64,000 nucleotides of DNA from Promethearchaeota archaeon Loki_b31 (GCA_005222975.1 NJBI01000008.1:19818-83817), one strand, 5' to 3'. Shown: positions 20,592 through 32,800, counted from the stretch's first letter. Notes: generated by a model not told the origin, from the sequence alone. Program-made: numbers and translations.

Positions 20592-21818
20592 TTAGAATTT
20601 TTTGATGTTACTCTTTAAATAGAAAGATTCGAGATTATTTAACTTTTTTATCGATTCAGGCACATTATTTATTTTATTAAAGCTAAGGTTGAGCACTTTT
20701 AACCATTTAAGCCTCCCAATAGTTTCTGGAATAAGGTGTAAGTTTTGATCGATTAAAATTAATTCTTCTAGAAATTCTAAACTACAAAGCTCTTTTGGAA
20801 ACACACCAATTCGAGATTCTGTTGATAAATAAATAATTTTGGTGATATGCCCTACATTGTTTACTTCATAATGTACGGCTCCTTCAGAATCAATCTTTCC
20901 ATCTCCTTGCATTTTCTTACATGTTAGCCCTGTTAGAATCTCTAATAAACCCAGGATATGAACTTCTGATTTTTTAACTCCCTCAAATATATACTTATGG
21001 ACGTATTCGTTTTTGCTTGCAATCTCTACAACCCAGCTAGGTAAACTGTCTAACTGATTGTTGCTTAAAATTAATTTCTTAAGTGACAAAAGATTTGGGC
21101 ACATATCTGGATATTTTTTTAGTTTACAATATGATATTTCCAAGAATTCTAATTTTGATAGCTTACAAATCGACGATGGAATTTCTTTAAGGCCTTTGAG
21201 AGACAAACTTAATATGAAACCTTTTTTGGCAGCTCTAACGCGACCTAGTCCTTTATACCCTATTTCGGTATTTTCTTTAATTAGTACTTGTTTAGCTTCG
21301 TCTGATAACTCAAACTTTTGTAAAAAATTCTTTAATTCGCTCCTAAATTTCCTATAATCTAAATAATCGATATCGAGAACAAATTTTGAGTCTGCTGAGT
21401 TTAAGTTATAATAAGTTCTAATCTTTTTTAACGCTTTTTCTCGAATTTCTTCAAATTGAGGATACTCTTCTGTTTCAAATAAATCTAATAGTTTTTTAAA
21501 GAAATATATAGATTTTTCATTTTGGATCGCCCATAATAAAGGTTCATGTTCCCGTGTTGGAAAGTTCTGGATCAATACTTTAGCTGCTTCAAATCTAACT
21601 AATGTAGACTCATCAGAAATTAAGCAATTTTCTATTATGTTAAAGGTTAGTTCGTCTTCAATCGATAATTTACCGATATATTCTAAGCTTGAATATCTAA
21701 TAGCCTCATTATCACTTTTATTTATTAACGATTCGAAAAGCTTTAAGGCGTCCTTCTTTCCTACTTCGTTATTAAGTACTTTGAAATAAATTTTTTCAGG
21801 TGTTAATTGATCGCTCAT
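20592..21818 (-). CDS. HEAT-repeat plus leucine-rich-repeat protein
   Basis: N-terminal HEAT motifs (IRYSSLEYIG, VRFEAAKVL) and LxxLxLxxNxLxxLP repeats; start moved to the ATG at 21818. Confidence 0.85.
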   Translation of the reverse strand: MSDQLTPEKIYFKVLNNEVGKKDALKLFESLINKSDNEAIRYSSLEYIGKLSIEDELTFNIIENCLISDESTLVRFEAAKVLIQNFPTREHEPLLWAIQNEKSIYFFKKLLDLFETEEYPQFEEIREKALKKIRTYYNLNSADSKFVLDIDYLDYRKFRSELKNFLQKFELSDEAKQVLIKENTEIGYKGLGRVRAAKKGFILSLSLKGLKEIPSSICKLSKLEFLEISYCKLKKYPDMCPNLLSLKKLILSNNQLDSLPSWVVEIASKNEYVHKYIFEGVKKSEVHILGLLEILTGLTCKKMQGDGKIDSEGAVHYEVNNVGHITKIIYLSTESRIGVFPKELCSLEFLEELILIDQNLHLIPETIGRLKWLKVLNLSFNKINNVPESIKKLNNLESFYLKSNIKKF

Positions 21819-21820
21819 TT

Positions 21821-22957
21821 TTACTTTATACTTTCTTTTACTACTTCGTGATGACATACCGTCAATGAGAGCGTTTTAGGGGCAATCATTTCGATGTTTT
21901 TCATAACATGCACATATGAGGATAAGATTATTAAATTTTCGTTATTACCTTTTAATTTTACATTTTCTTGGATATTACAATTATCAGCAATGATAGCTTT
22001 TTCGATTTGAACATTACTTGAGATATGTGTCTTGTTATAGATTAGACATTCCTTAAGTTCGGAATGCTTATTAATAACTACATTATCGCCAATTATTACA
22101 TTCGGACCAACTTTACAATTCTCTCGAATTACAACGTTTTCACCAATTGTACAAGGAGGATAAATTTTTACGCTTGTGTGGATGTCTGTAGAAGGTTCTA
22201 TTAAATTTCTTACATTTCCTTTCTGATTTTTTATTAAGTCGTTCATTAATAGAACATTTCCTTGCAATAAATCGTAGGGTTTACCAACATCGCTCCATAT
22301 TCCACTAATAGGGTAATGATAGAGCATATTTTTATCGGCAACTTTAGGAAATACATCCCTTTCAATAGAAACTTTTTTGTTTGGTTCGATAAAGGAAAAT
22401 ATTTCAGGTTCTAGGATATACACGCCAGCGTTAATAGGCATAGGAACATATTTGCCGTCTGGAGGAGCGTATTCGTCCTTTTCAAGAAATTTTAATAGTT
22501 GATGCGTTTCATTATTTACTATCAATACACCATATCTTAAGGGATCCTCTACGGTTTTACCGGCTACTGTTCCAATACCTTTACACTTTTCGTGAAATTT
22601 AAGCATGTCGCTAAAACTATAATTCAAAATTACATCTCCATTTAACATGAAAAAGTTATCGTTTTCGAGGTAAGATTCTGCTAATTTAATTGCTCCCGCA
22701 GTTCCCATTGGATGTTTTTCGTCTGTATAATGGATTTTTATTCCTAACATTCTACCTTCCTTGAAATAGCTTTTAACAATATCATCCATCACACTAACGG
22801 CTAAAACTACTTCTTTAACTCCAGCTGCTTTTAATAAGAGTATCTGTCGCTCCATAACTGGTTTATTCACGATTGGAATTAATGTTTTGGGTATAGTACA
22901 TGTTAGTGGTCTTAATCGCGTTCCCCAACCGCCCGATAAAATTATTGCTTTCGTCAT
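21821..22957 (-). CDS. NDP-sugar pyrophosphorylase (mannose-1-phosphate guanylyltransferase-like)
   Basis: ILSGGWGTRLRPLT, PKTL, GTAGAI, NGD, NAGVY, C-terminal hexapeptide repeats. Confidence 0.92.
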   Translation of the reverse strand: MTKAIILSGGWGTRLRPLTCTIPKTLIPIVNKPVMERQILLLKAAGVKEVVLAVSVMDDIVKSYFKEGRMLGIKIHYTDEKHPMGTAGAIKLAESYLENDNFFMLNGDVILNYSFSDMLKFHEKCKGIGTVAGKTVEDPLRYGVLIVNNETHQLLKFLEKDEYAPPDGKYVPMPINAGVYILEPEIFSFIEPNKKVSIERDVFPKVADKNMLYHYPISGIWSDVGKPYDLLQGNVLLMNDLIKNQKGNVRNLIEPSTDIHTSVKIYPPCTIGENVVIRENCKVGPNVIIGDNVVINKHSELKECLIYNKTHISSNVQIEKAIIADNCNIQENVKLKGNNENLIILSSYVHVMKNIEMIAPKTLSLTVCHHEVVKESIK

Positions 22958-23011
22958 TTTTTTTAATATAAAGTTTTAATAGGATGTATAAAATAATAAA
23001 AAAGCTCTTTT

Positions 23012-24301
23012 TTAAAAACTATTTTGGTAATTAATATTTTCATCCAATTCAAATTCATACACTTTATCGTAATCATTATTTCTAATATTTGAAAAAATCC
23101 AAACAAATATTATAAAAATAAAATTTAACACAGCACATATAATAAAAAGGGTAGTAATACCAATCAGTTCTGCTATCGGTCCTGATATTAGCATTGCTAT
23201 TGGAGAAACTAAAGTAACTATAGTTATCACATTAGACATAACTCGTCCTTGTTTATCTGGAGGTATGACGGTTTGTAGAATCGTTAAAAACATGGTGTTA
23301 ACAAAAGGAACAATAAACGCAAACATAAAGCCACCAATACTAATCATAAGAAAATTTTGTGGAGGTGCCAAGGCTAATATTAAATGTCCGATCTCGCCGA
23401 TTAGGATTCCGGCAAAGATAATTAAGGGTTTTTTATTCCAAACCTTTTTAATAACTACAATTATTGCTCCAACAAACATCCCAGCTTGAATTGATGCTAG
23501 AACAATAGCTAGATTTGCCACAGATCCAGAATGAGTCCCACTTATATAAGGTATCATTAAAGTGCTAAAAGGGTTTCCTAAAAAATTTAAAATAGTTGCT
23601 ACAAAGAGCAATGTTAGGAGCCCCGGAACAACTTTTATAGCTTTAAACCCTACTTTGAATTCTCTAAAATATGATCTTTTATGCTTAGGAAGAAATTTCT
23701 TTAGTATAGGGGGTATTTTTATTAATAATAGAGGGGTTATAGCAATCAAAAAAGTAAGAACATCAACCCATAAAATCATATCAATTGGAAATAATATTAA
23801 CAAAATGCCAGCAATAATTGGGCCCATTGTATTAACTAATCCGGTAAAAAAGTAATTAATACCATTCATTCTGCTTAAATGTTTCTTTGGTATCATTAAG
23901 GGAATTATTGCGTTTACAACTGGCCAATGAAATGCTTGAAATACCCCTCTAATACTATTAATCAAAATTATTAACCATACTTGCTGAATATTAAAAAAAA
24001 ATAATAAAACTAAGCTAAAAGTTGTAAGTGCTTGACAAAAATCAGAAAGCCCGATTAAAAGTTTTCGATTCCATCTGTCGGCAAATACGCCAGCGAGAGG
24101 TCCAAGAATAAATATTGGTAGAAAAGAGAAAAAAGAGGCTAGTGATACCATTGTCAAGCTTCCAGTTTCAAAAAAAATCCAATAAATTAGTACTATTTGA
24201 ACTATAGATGACCCTAACAACGAAAATAATTGACCTGACCAAAAAAATATATAGCTTCTAAAAGTCTGTACCGTAGCAGTGGATTCCATCTTTCCCAACA
24301 T
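23012..24301 (-). CDS. MFS transporter (DHA3/MefA-like)
   Basis: About 12 TM; GQLFSLLGS, GVFADRWNRK motif A, QGRV. Confidence 0.92.
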   Translation of the reverse strand: MLGKMESTATVQTFRSYIFFWSGQLFSLLGSSIVQIVLIYWIFFETGSLTMVSLASFFSFLPIFILGPLAGVFADRWNRKLLIGLSDFCQALTTFSLVLLFFFNIQQVWLIILINSIRGVFQAFHWPVVNAIIPLMIPKKHLSRMNGINYFFTGLVNTMGPIIAGILLILFPIDMILWVDVLTFLIAITPLLLIKIPPILKKFLPKHKRSYFREFKVGFKAIKVVPGLLTLLFVATILNFLGNPFSTLMIPYISGTHSGSVANLAIVLASIQAGMFVGAIIVVIKKVWNKKPLIIFAGILIGEIGHLILALAPPQNFLMISIGGFMFAFIVPFVNTMFLTILQTVIPPDKQGRVMSNVITIVTLVSPIAMLISGPIAELIGITTLFIICAVLNFIFIIFVWIFSNIRNNDYDKVYEFELDENINYQNSF

Positions 24302-24354
24302 TTGAATTAAATTTTAAATTAAATAATTAGTAATTTTTCTTAGTCTTAATATTG

Positions 24355-25473
24355 TTATATGTCGTTGGTTATTTTCTGTGAATATAAAAACTTACCTGGT
24401 TCAATTCCTTTTTTTTCTGCCATCTTGTAAAATAGTAATTGAAGAATTATTATTTCCATTATCGGTGCTAAATGAGGATCCTTTATTTTATGCTTATAAG
24501 TTATAATCTTAGGATCGTCGTGTATCTTCTTTGCTTTCTCGTCAAATTCTTGATTTGTAATGTGCAGAATTTTTCCACAAGCCCATTCGTTAGTCAATTT
24601 ATCTATGAATTGAATGTTGAATTCGAAATTCCCTTTATCGGATGAAAGAATTATAAGTTTAGTACTCTCTTTTAAGCATTCAATACCACCATGTCTAAAA
24701 GTTGATATAGAACTTGCTTCCGAGTAAGATTTGACGATTTCCTTAAAATTTAATGCCGCTTGATGCGCAGAAGTTAGTGAAGGACCTCTTGAGAGAATTT
24801 CTAGAAAATCAATATCGTGTCCAAATGAAGATAGAAGCTCCTTCCATATCTTATTAATCTGTTTCTGATCTTGTAAAATTCTTCGAACTTCCCCTAAGAA
24901 GGCTTCTACATTTTGAATTTCGGTTTCATTTGTAAAGAATTCGCCTATAATTGTTTTTGCCATAACATACAGCAATAGCAGCGTACAAACATAACTTTTC
25001 GTAGTAACTGAAACCTCTTCGTCAAAATTCATATAAACTTGTAATTCTGTCATGTAAGCTAAATAACTATCAGGATTATTCGTGATACCAATTGTTAACG
25101 GCTTATCATTAAGATCTATTGCATTTATTTTCCTTAATAGCTCTCTAATTTCTCCAGATTTGCCAGATTGTGAAATAATTATAATTCCTGTGTCTTTAAA
25201 ACAATTCTGTTTAATGTTAGGAAAGGTATTAAACAAGAACTCTCCTGCTTCTCGAATTTCAACAGCGATTCCATACTGGTTTAAAATATAATAAGGTAAG
25301 TATGAGCTGACGAAACTAGAACCCATTCCTGTAAAAATAAGTTTGGTAATACCACCTCTCTTAATAAAATCTCTTATTTTTAAAAATTGAGGTTTACCTT
25401 CTCCTACAATGTAGCTAAACGTGTCTTTAAGAGCATCTGGTTGAGATTTTAACTCTTCTAAAAAATCATTCAT
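24355..25473 (-). CDS. Double SIS-domain sugar-phosphate isomerase/deaminase (GlmS isomerase-like)
   Basis: ELKSQP, GMGSS, ISQSGKS, ITNNPDS, TKSY, FRHG motifs. Confidence 0.88.
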   Translation of the reverse strand: MNDFLEELKSQPDALKDTFSYIVGEGKPQFLKIRDFIKRGGITKLIFTGMGSSFVSSYLPYYILNQYGIAVEIREAGEFLFNTFPNIKQNCFKDTGIIIISQSGKSGEIRELLRKINAIDLNDKPLTIGITNNPDSYLAYMTELQVYMNFDEEVSVTTKSYVCTLLLLYVMAKTIIGEFFTNETEIQNVEAFLGEVRRILQDQKQINKIWKELLSSFGHDIDFLEILSRGPSLTSAHQAALNFKEIVKSYSEASSISTFRHGGIECLKESTKLIILSSDKGNFEFNIQFIDKLTNEWACGKILHITNQEFDEKAKKIHDDPKIITYKHKIKDPHLAPIMEIIILQLLFYKMAEKKGIEPGKFLYSQKITNDI

Positions 25474-25586
25474 ATATAATCCCCTAAAAAAGCATTCATA
25501 ATTAATTATAATTAATTATAATAAAAAATATAAGATAAAATTAATTTAAACAATTCAGAATTAAATTATTATTGTTGTGATATTTT

Positions 25587-25958
25587 TTGCCTTGTATACA
25601 CGGTCTTGATATTATCAATTGCCCAATTTGCCGAATGACGAAATCTACAGTTCCTCGAAACCCAATTAACATTAAGGCGGCAAAAATCGAAAATTTAAGA
25701 CCAGAAAATCCGTTTTTTAAAAATTATATTAACAATAAAAATAGAACTGAAGAATATTTAGTTAAAAGTAATAAATTATTACAACCGAATTTGATAAACC
25801 GATTACCAACGCCAAACCTCATTAATCAAATTCCTAATTTTGAAAGTAAGGATTTAATTAATAAGTTAAACGAGTTAGATATTGATAGATGGGACAATTA
25901 CGGAATTTCTAAAAAGGTTTCTCTTGAAAAACCTGAATTGAAACTTGATTCTGATTAG
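25587..25958 (+). CDS. Hypothetical protein with N-terminal CIHG...CPIC metal-binding motif
   Basis: 123-aa ORF with TTG start. Confidence 0.6.
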   Translation: MPCIHGLDIINCPICRMTKSTVPRNPINIKAAKIENLRPENPFFKNYINNKNRTEEYLVKSNKLLQPNLINRLPTPNLINQIPNFESKDLINKLNELDIDRWDNYGISKKVSLEKPELKLDSD

Positions 25959-26076
25959 ACTTATTTTTAAAATTCATTTTAACATAAGAATTTAACATAA
26001 GAATTTTAAAACTAATATATACGTATTTATATTATTAATTTCTTAAGAAACTCAAAACTCAATAATGAAGTGTTGA

Positions 26077-27801
26077 ATGATGGAAATTAACGAAGATTTG
26101 AAAAATAGTACGCAAGTTGCCTATATCAGCATGGAGATTGGAATTGATTCGAACATTCCAACTTATAGCGGTGGTTTAGGGGTTTTATCTGGAGATACTG
26201 TAAGAGCCGCGGCAGATTTAGAGCTCCCTATGGTTGGATTATGCTTATGTTATAGTTCAGGCTATTTCTATCAATTTTTTAACGAATTTGGTGAACAGAA
26301 AGAACGCGAGATCGAGTGGAACTTTTTCTACGAATTTGAAAAAGTTGAAAAACCAATTAAAATAAAAATAGAAAATAAAGAAGTGTTAGTTTCTGCATGG
26401 CTTTATCGCGTTATAGGCCAATCAGGGCATATTCTACCAATTTATTTGTTAACTACTGACATTGAGGGAAACGAAGATTGGATGAAAAAAATGACAGGTT
26501 CTCTCTATGATTCCACATCTCGATGGAACAGAATCGTGCAGGAAATGATACTAGGCATTGGTGGCTTAAAACTCTTAAATTCCTTGGGTTTTAATAACAT
26601 TAAAACATACCATCTAAACGAAGGTCACGGTTCTTTCTCAATAGTAGAACTTTACAATATGTTAAAAGGCGATCTTGATAAGGTTAGAGAGAAGGTCGTG
26701 TTTACTACTCACACACCAGTTCCGGCAGGTCACGATCGATTTAATAAAGATTTAGTTAATAAGGTATTTGAAGATAGAATGCCTTCTCAAATTCGAAAAA
26801 TTGCTGACGATAAAGGTCAATTTAATATGACATTCCTAGGAATGGGGCTTTCTAGATATAGAAATGGAGTTGCCAAAAAACACGGCCAAATTTCACAGAA
26901 AATGTTTCCTCAATACGAAGTTGATTCAATTACTAATGGTATACATTTACCTTTTTGGGTTAGCCAGCCATTTCAACGGATATTTGACAAAAAATGGCCA
27001 AACTGGAAGGCAAAACCTTCGATACTTCAAAACGCAATTGAATTAGACGATTTAGATATTTTTGATGCTCACATTGAAAATAAATTCAATCTAATTAGTT
27101 ATCAGAAAGGTCATAGTTGGAACTTACTGGATGAAGAATTAATTACAATTGGTTTCGCTAGAAGATTTGCTACGTACAAAAGGGCTACTTTAATCTTCCA
27201 CGATATCGACAGGTTAGGTAAAATCTGCCAAGATAAGATTCAATTCATTTTTGCAGGAAAAGCTCACCCTAAGGACACAATGGGAAAGGATTATATCAAA
27301 AAAATCCACGAATCTAGCGAATATGTTTACGACAATTATGGTGTTAAAATTGTAATGATGGAAAATTATAATATGGATTTAGCTCATATGATGGTATCTG
27401 GGTGTGATGTTTGGCTCAATACGCCCAATAGATATCGCGAAGCAAGTGGTACAAGTGGCATGAAAGCCGCATTGAATGGCGTTTTAAACTTTAGCGTTCA
27501 AGATGGTTGGTGGTTGGAAGGATTTCGCATGAACTCTATGGCAGGATGGGCAATTGGCCCTAACGATTCAAATCCCGACGATCCAGGTGTCTCAAATAGT
27601 TGGGAGATTGATTCAAACGCATTATATGAAACGCTAGAAAACGAAATTATACCCACTTATTTGAACCATGACGAGTGGTTATTCAAAAGTAAAAACGCTA
27701 TTTCTCTCGCAGCTTTCTTTAACACTAATAGGATGATGAAAGACTATGCTAAAAAAGCTTACAAACTTAAAAAACAAAAACCTTGGAAATTTATGAGTTA
27801 A
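26077..27801 (+). CDS. glgP: Alpha-glucan (glycogen/maltodextrin) phosphorylase
   Basis: YSGGLGVLSGD, HLNEGH, FTTHTP, FARRFATYKR, EASGTSGMK PLP-lysine motif. Confidence 0.96.
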   Translation: MMEINEDLKNSTQVAYISMEIGIDSNIPTYSGGLGVLSGDTVRAAADLELPMVGLCLCYSSGYFYQFFNEFGEQKEREIEWNFFYEFEKVEKPIKIKIENKEVLVSAWLYRVIGQSGHILPIYLLTTDIEGNEDWMKKMTGSLYDSTSRWNRIVQEMILGIGGLKLLNSLGFNNIKTYHLNEGHGSFSIVELYNMLKGDLDKVREKVVFTTHTPVPAGHDRFNKDLVNKVFEDRMPSQIRKIADDKGQFNMTFLGMGLSRYRNGVAKKHGQISQKMFPQYEVDSITNGIHLPFWVSQPFQRIFDKKWPNWKAKPSILQNAIELDDLDIFDAHIENKFNLISYQKGHSWNLLDEELITIGFARRFATYKRATLIFHDIDRLGKICQDKIQFIFAGKAHPKDTMGKDYIKKIHESSEYVYDNYGVKIVMMENYNMDLAHMMVSGCDVWLNTPNRYREASGTSGMKAALNGVLNFSVQDGWWLEGFRMNSMAGWAIGPNDSNPDDPGVSNSWEIDSNALYETLENEIIPTYLNHDEWLFKSKNAISLAAFFNTNRMMKDYAKKAYKLKKQKPWKFMS

Positions 27802-27866
27802 AAATTTCTTTTTTTTTCTAATGTCTGAGAGAGCTTAACAAATTTTAAGATAAAAAAGAGATTAGG

Positions 27867-28385
27867 TTATTTAATACAATTTAAGAGTTTAAACGGTCTA
27901 ATTTTTAAATAGTCATCAAAATTCTTTTGTTCGAAATAAATTTCAAATGTTTGAGAAAAAATTTCTTCCATTGTATCTACGCCAAATGATAACCCTTCCA
28001 TATCCTTTGCTAACAAAAGCATTGATTCCGAGTTGGATTCAAGAAAGAAGCATCCTGGACTGAGTTCGAGATTTTTATGCGGTTCAATAATTAGATCGGC
28101 TTTTCTTATAATTTGATTTGTAGTAAAAATAACTAGTAGAAAGTTTTCTGAATACTCTTCTTTTAAATAAGAATCCCTTATTCCCGAAGCTTGGAGCGCG
28201 ATTTTAGCAAAATCTTTAAAAAAGTTTTGAAGTCGAGTTAATTCTTTCCTGAATTTAATTTTATTATGAAAAAAGCTGAAATCTTTGCTTAATTTTAAGG
28301 GTTCACCGTCAATGTATGTAATTTCTTTTGGTTTTGACTTAAAGACATATTTTTTAATATTTTTTGACATGATAAGTTTTTTCAC
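27867..28385 (-). CDS. Hypothetical protein (weak resemblance to GH20 hexosaminidase domain 2)
   Basis: 172 aa; ends GCFFLE...LLAKDMEGLSFGVDTMEEI. Confidence 0.55.
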   Translation of the reverse strand: MKKLIMSKNIKKYVFKSKPKEITYIDGEPLKLSKDFSFFHNKIKFRKELTRLQNFFKDFAKIALQASGIRDSYLKEEYSENFLLVIFTTNQIIRKADLIIEPHKNLELSPGCFFLESNSESMLLLAKDMEGLSFGVDTMEEIFSQTFEIYFEQKNFDDYLKIRPFKLLNCIK

Positions 28386-28605
28386 ATTTTAGTTTTTTTA
28401 TAACTGTCTTAAAGTTAACGCTTATATTTGTTTATATTTATATAATTCTCATATCTGGTTGTGACACTTCAGCAAAATCTTAAAGTTAAGGAAATTCAAA
28501 AGCATAAAAAGCAGATGACGCTTCAGTAAATTGGCATATGCACGATATTTATATAATATAATTATTACTTTATTAATAGAAGTATTAATGTGAATCCTTA
28601 ATTTC

Positions 28606-29868
28606 ATGAAAGAATTTAAAATTAATAAGTTCTTAAAACTGCGGTTAGAGAACGATAAAACAAACATTTACGTAAAAGATCAATTGTTTAGACAATGTAA
28701 ATTTTTAATGATTAATATTGAACCTAATAACGCGTCTAATTTTGACGAAGTAACTTCTATAGACGAAGCAGAAAAAATATTAGATAAATCGTTAGAAGAA
28801 AAAGAACTAGAAGAATTTGATATACGACCTGAGGAGGAGTTTTGGGCACATTGTTCAAACTTGGACGCGTGGGCAAAGCATCAATACGATACTCGATTAT
28901 TGCATAGAACTCTGGCATTTCCTATTTTAAGGGCTTTAACTGAAGCGGGAGATCAAGTAGCAAAAGCAGTATTTAAAGAAGAAATTATAAAGAGATTCGA
29001 AAGCGGTCATCCAAATGTTGTTCGCTACCTAATTAGAGGAGGCTACATAAGAAAATATGCCAAAAAAGAACTGTTAGAAGCGTTTTTGGAAAGCAAGGAA
29101 GTCTCTATTCTAAAAAAGCTTCAGACTTTTTCTAAAACGGATATGGAAATCGCGGAAGAGATCGATATATTCTATGAGGAATCACATTATACCGTAAAAT
29201 TTGATAAAAATAAACTTAGTGGATTGGAGCTAAGAAGTCTTAACTTAAAGCAATTCCCAATAGAAATAACGGGATTAGTTTCTCTTAAAAAACTTTTCTT
29301 AGATTATAACGCGATACGATCATTACCAGGTGAAATCTGGCAATTAAAGAATCTACGAGAACTGAGTTTAGCAAGTAATTTACTAGAAACGCTTCCTTCA
29401 GAGATTAGTTCGCTAAAATCTCTTGAATCTCTTTCTGTGAATCTTAATAAATTTAAAGTTTTTCCGGAGGCTTTAACGGAATTAAAGAATCTTAAATATT
29501 TAGGTTTAGCAATGAATCAAATCTGTGATATTCCTGAATCAATTGAAAACCTAAGAGATTTGAGAATTTTAGTTTTAAATCGTAACCGTATTTGCAGATT
29601 ACCTGAGACTTTGGGAAATCTAAAATCTCTGGAGCTTTTACACTTGGGCAACAATAAAATAGATTTTATTCCCGAATCACTTGGTAAATTAAATTCTTTA
29701 AAAGAACTTGAAGTTCAATCTAATTATTTAACCATTCTTCCGGAATTTTTATTTAAGCTTAAGAATCTAAAAAGGCTTTATATATCAGACAATAATATTA
29801 ATCATTTCCCAAACCTAAAAAAAAAGATTAATTCTTTAGAAGTGTTTAGTTACGACGAAAAAAAATGA
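28606..29868 (+). CDS. Leucine-rich-repeat protein with conserved N-terminal domain (EFKINKFLKLRLE...FWAHCSNL)
   Basis: About nine LxxLxLxxNxLxxLP repeats in the C-terminal half. Confidence 0.9.
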   Translation: MKEFKINKFLKLRLENDKTNIYVKDQLFRQCKFLMINIEPNNASNFDEVTSIDEAEKILDKSLEEKELEEFDIRPEEEFWAHCSNLDAWAKHQYDTRLLHRTLAFPILRALTEAGDQVAKAVFKEEIIKRFESGHPNVVRYLIRGGYIRKYAKKELLEAFLESKEVSILKKLQTFSKTDMEIAEEIDIFYEESHYTVKFDKNKLSGLELRSLNLKQFPIEITGLVSLKKLFLDYNAIRSLPGEIWQLKNLRELSLASNLLETLPSEISSLKSLESLSVNLNKFKVFPEALTELKNLKYLGLAMNQICDIPESIENLRDLRILVLNRNRICRLPETLGNLKSLELLHLGNNKIDFIPESLGKLNSLKELEVQSNYLTILPEFLFKLKNLKRLYISDNNINHFPNLKKKINSLEVFSYDEKK

Positions 29869-29886
29869 ATTATTAAGTTGTTCTAA

Positions 29887-32800
29887 TTACCACCAAGTTT
29901 TATAACTCTTTGGGAACATATAATCTGTTGGAATTAGTAAAAATTCTCTTCTTCTAACCCACTGTTTGATTAGGCCGAGATCAATCTCAATCCCGCTTTC
30001 AAAACTAGCGATCTTTACTGGCATAAACATAGCCGAACCTATACCAGAGGAAAAGATTTCGTCGGGACCGTAAAATCTGTTACGATCAAACGCGCCAATC
30101 ATTTTATCGTATTCATAAATAGGTTTGCCGCCTAGATCGTCTTTAGCAATAACGAATAAGAAATCCTTTGAATAAGGACTTTTAGCTCTGGGCATAATAA
30201 CACTCATTGATAGTTTAACAATGTGTTCTAATTTATTTTGGAGGTCGCTATCTTGCAAATCGATGTCAAAACATCTAGCGTCTTTTTTATTAGTACCAGA
30301 TATTGTATGCCTTTCAGATGGAACAAGCTTTTCCCATATTTCCGTCCTCAAGAGGAACTGATAACCAACAATCTGATTTGGCCTATAAAGAGGATAAATT
30401 TTTACCTTACCATTTTTTCCCACAGCGCTTTCGATTGCTTTCTTTAAAATTTGCGCCTTTTCTTTAACTATGCCGTAATTATATCCTTGAAAATCAAAAT
30501 CTTGAAATTGATAATGGACATCCTCTCCTTTAATGAAAATCCTCCAAATTTTTATGTCTTTACCAACAAAGTCGTCCTTATTGAGCCAAATTTCAACTGG
30601 TATACCGTTAAATTCGACCTTAAAGAATTTAATTTTTTTATTATACTTATCTCCAATAATAAGATCTTCAATTTGAACTCTAAGATTGTATTTTGAGCCA
30701 TCTTGACAAAAAATACTCTCTCTATGATAGTTTAAAAGTTCTCTTTCGGCAGAGATTAGAAGCCTATTATAAAGGTCAATTTGCTCGTCTTTCTTTAAAC
30801 TTAAAGTCTGCACTTTAGTTCTTAAAACGACCTTTAAAGCATCCAGCATTTCCAGCCCAGATTCAACGAATAATTTTATTCGCCTGTGAGTAGCCAAGCC
30901 TGCGTAGTTATTATCTTTGTAATTTTTATATAGACCTTTGAACTGTGATGCAATATCCGAGTCGAAAGATTTTGAACTAGTGGAGATAAATGAATCGTCT
31001 ATAAATGAGATAGGAGAATATCCAAAACGAATAATGGCATTTTGTATATCAATCTTTCTCTCTACTGGCAAAACCATGTGCGAATCCAAAAAGAACAACG
31101 AAAATAAATGCTTATATATGTTACTATCACTAAGAATGGGGGTGGGCTTAGTTTGCGTTGAGGTTATAATTGAAAATTGTTTGAGATACTTTGAGATATC
31201 AAACTTGCTTGGCAAGTTTAAAATATCAATCTTGTAAGATTTAGGACTTCCGTAAAAATCAATCATGTGCATGAAAAGTAGCCTTAATGTGAAATGTCCG
31301 AACAATCGAGATACAACTTCAAACGCGATCTTTCCGGCTTTTATTTCTTCGGGCGAAAAAGCTTCTTTCTTATCGGCACTGATATCAAAAGGGTTTTCCG
31401 AATACTTGTTGGTAAAAGATGTTTTTGCTTCTTTTATTAGTTCGCTAACTCTATCGGTTTCCGAATCTCCTTGGTAACTCGTGACCTTCTCGAACAACAT
31501 GTGGAACCATTCCTTTATCGTGAGGTCGCCTTCTTTCATAGGTCTGATTTCGCCGCTGTATTCTTTAAGGAACAAGAAGTCTAAGATGTCGTTTTTAGTG
31601 ACAAATAGTTTGTTAATTACTCCTTCAACATCGCTTTTACTTCTTAACGATGACATATCAATTCTCCCGGTAGATGGGGTAAATCTTACATTGAACAATC
31701 CTAACTTATCGGCAATGTAAGTGTTGGCGTACGATCTTTTAGTTGAAGTGCCTTCTTCTGTTGCTAAAATGTACCTTAAGTCGATTAAGTTTAGATAAGT
31801 CTTAAAAAATGTGTCTGAAGTAATTAACTTACCCGAGACTATAGGTGTAAAAACAAGACCATCTTTGAACTTTTTCATTGACTTTCTTGTTAAAGATGGA
31901 AATAATTTCGTTATATGAGGATAAGGCTCGAGATTACCTTCAGCTCTCTGTAAAAAGGCGAGACAATGAGTTTCCGCTCCTAATAAAATTCCTGAACTTA
32001 CAGTAAAAGCAAAGTAGTAATTTGATTGGTGAGTGTTTGCATCGACTTTAATGAAGTTAGCGTACCATCCTTCAGGCCGCACGTTTATTATAATTTCGCT
32101 TCCCTCTTTGAATATGTTAACGCGGCTGTTTAAACGAACGTAGTTGGTGTCGCATAAATAAACGTTGCGAAAGACTTTTTCTTTATTCTGATCGTTTTCC
32201 ATGTGCTTATATCCCTCAGAAAACCCTTGAGGTAAAATGTTTACGATCTCTGCGGGAATAACTCCAAATGTCGGTAGAGTCTTATATTCACCGTCGACAT
32301 CATTGCTACGATGGGAGACAAGAAGCGGCTTACCTTCGCTTTTATATTGGTTGAATAATTCTTGAGTTAATAGTGTAGGAGTCAATTTACCATTTACTTT
32401 AATGAAAGTGAAAGCTTGAGGTAAATCTTCGAATCTTAAAACCGTGCCTTGCTCGTCCAGGAATAGAAGGTCTATCTGCTCGCTCAACGCTAACTTATAA
32501 TGTCCTAAGTTATCTGTATCTTCTTGTATTAGACTATCAATCTCATTCTCTAACCAAGTTAACGTATTTTCAAGATAATTAGAACCTTCGAGAAGACTAA
32601 ATCTATCCTCAGAATATACATTACTGGCGCTTTCCCTAAAAATATTATATAATTCTCCTTCAAATTGAGGATTTGCAAGCATATTCTTGATATCTTGAAC
32701 AATCTTGCTTTTATCATCAGAACTGGTAAGTATTGTATGAAATAATTGATTTAATTCTTGAATTGTTGAAAAAGTGTAAGTTAAATCACCTACCATCTTA

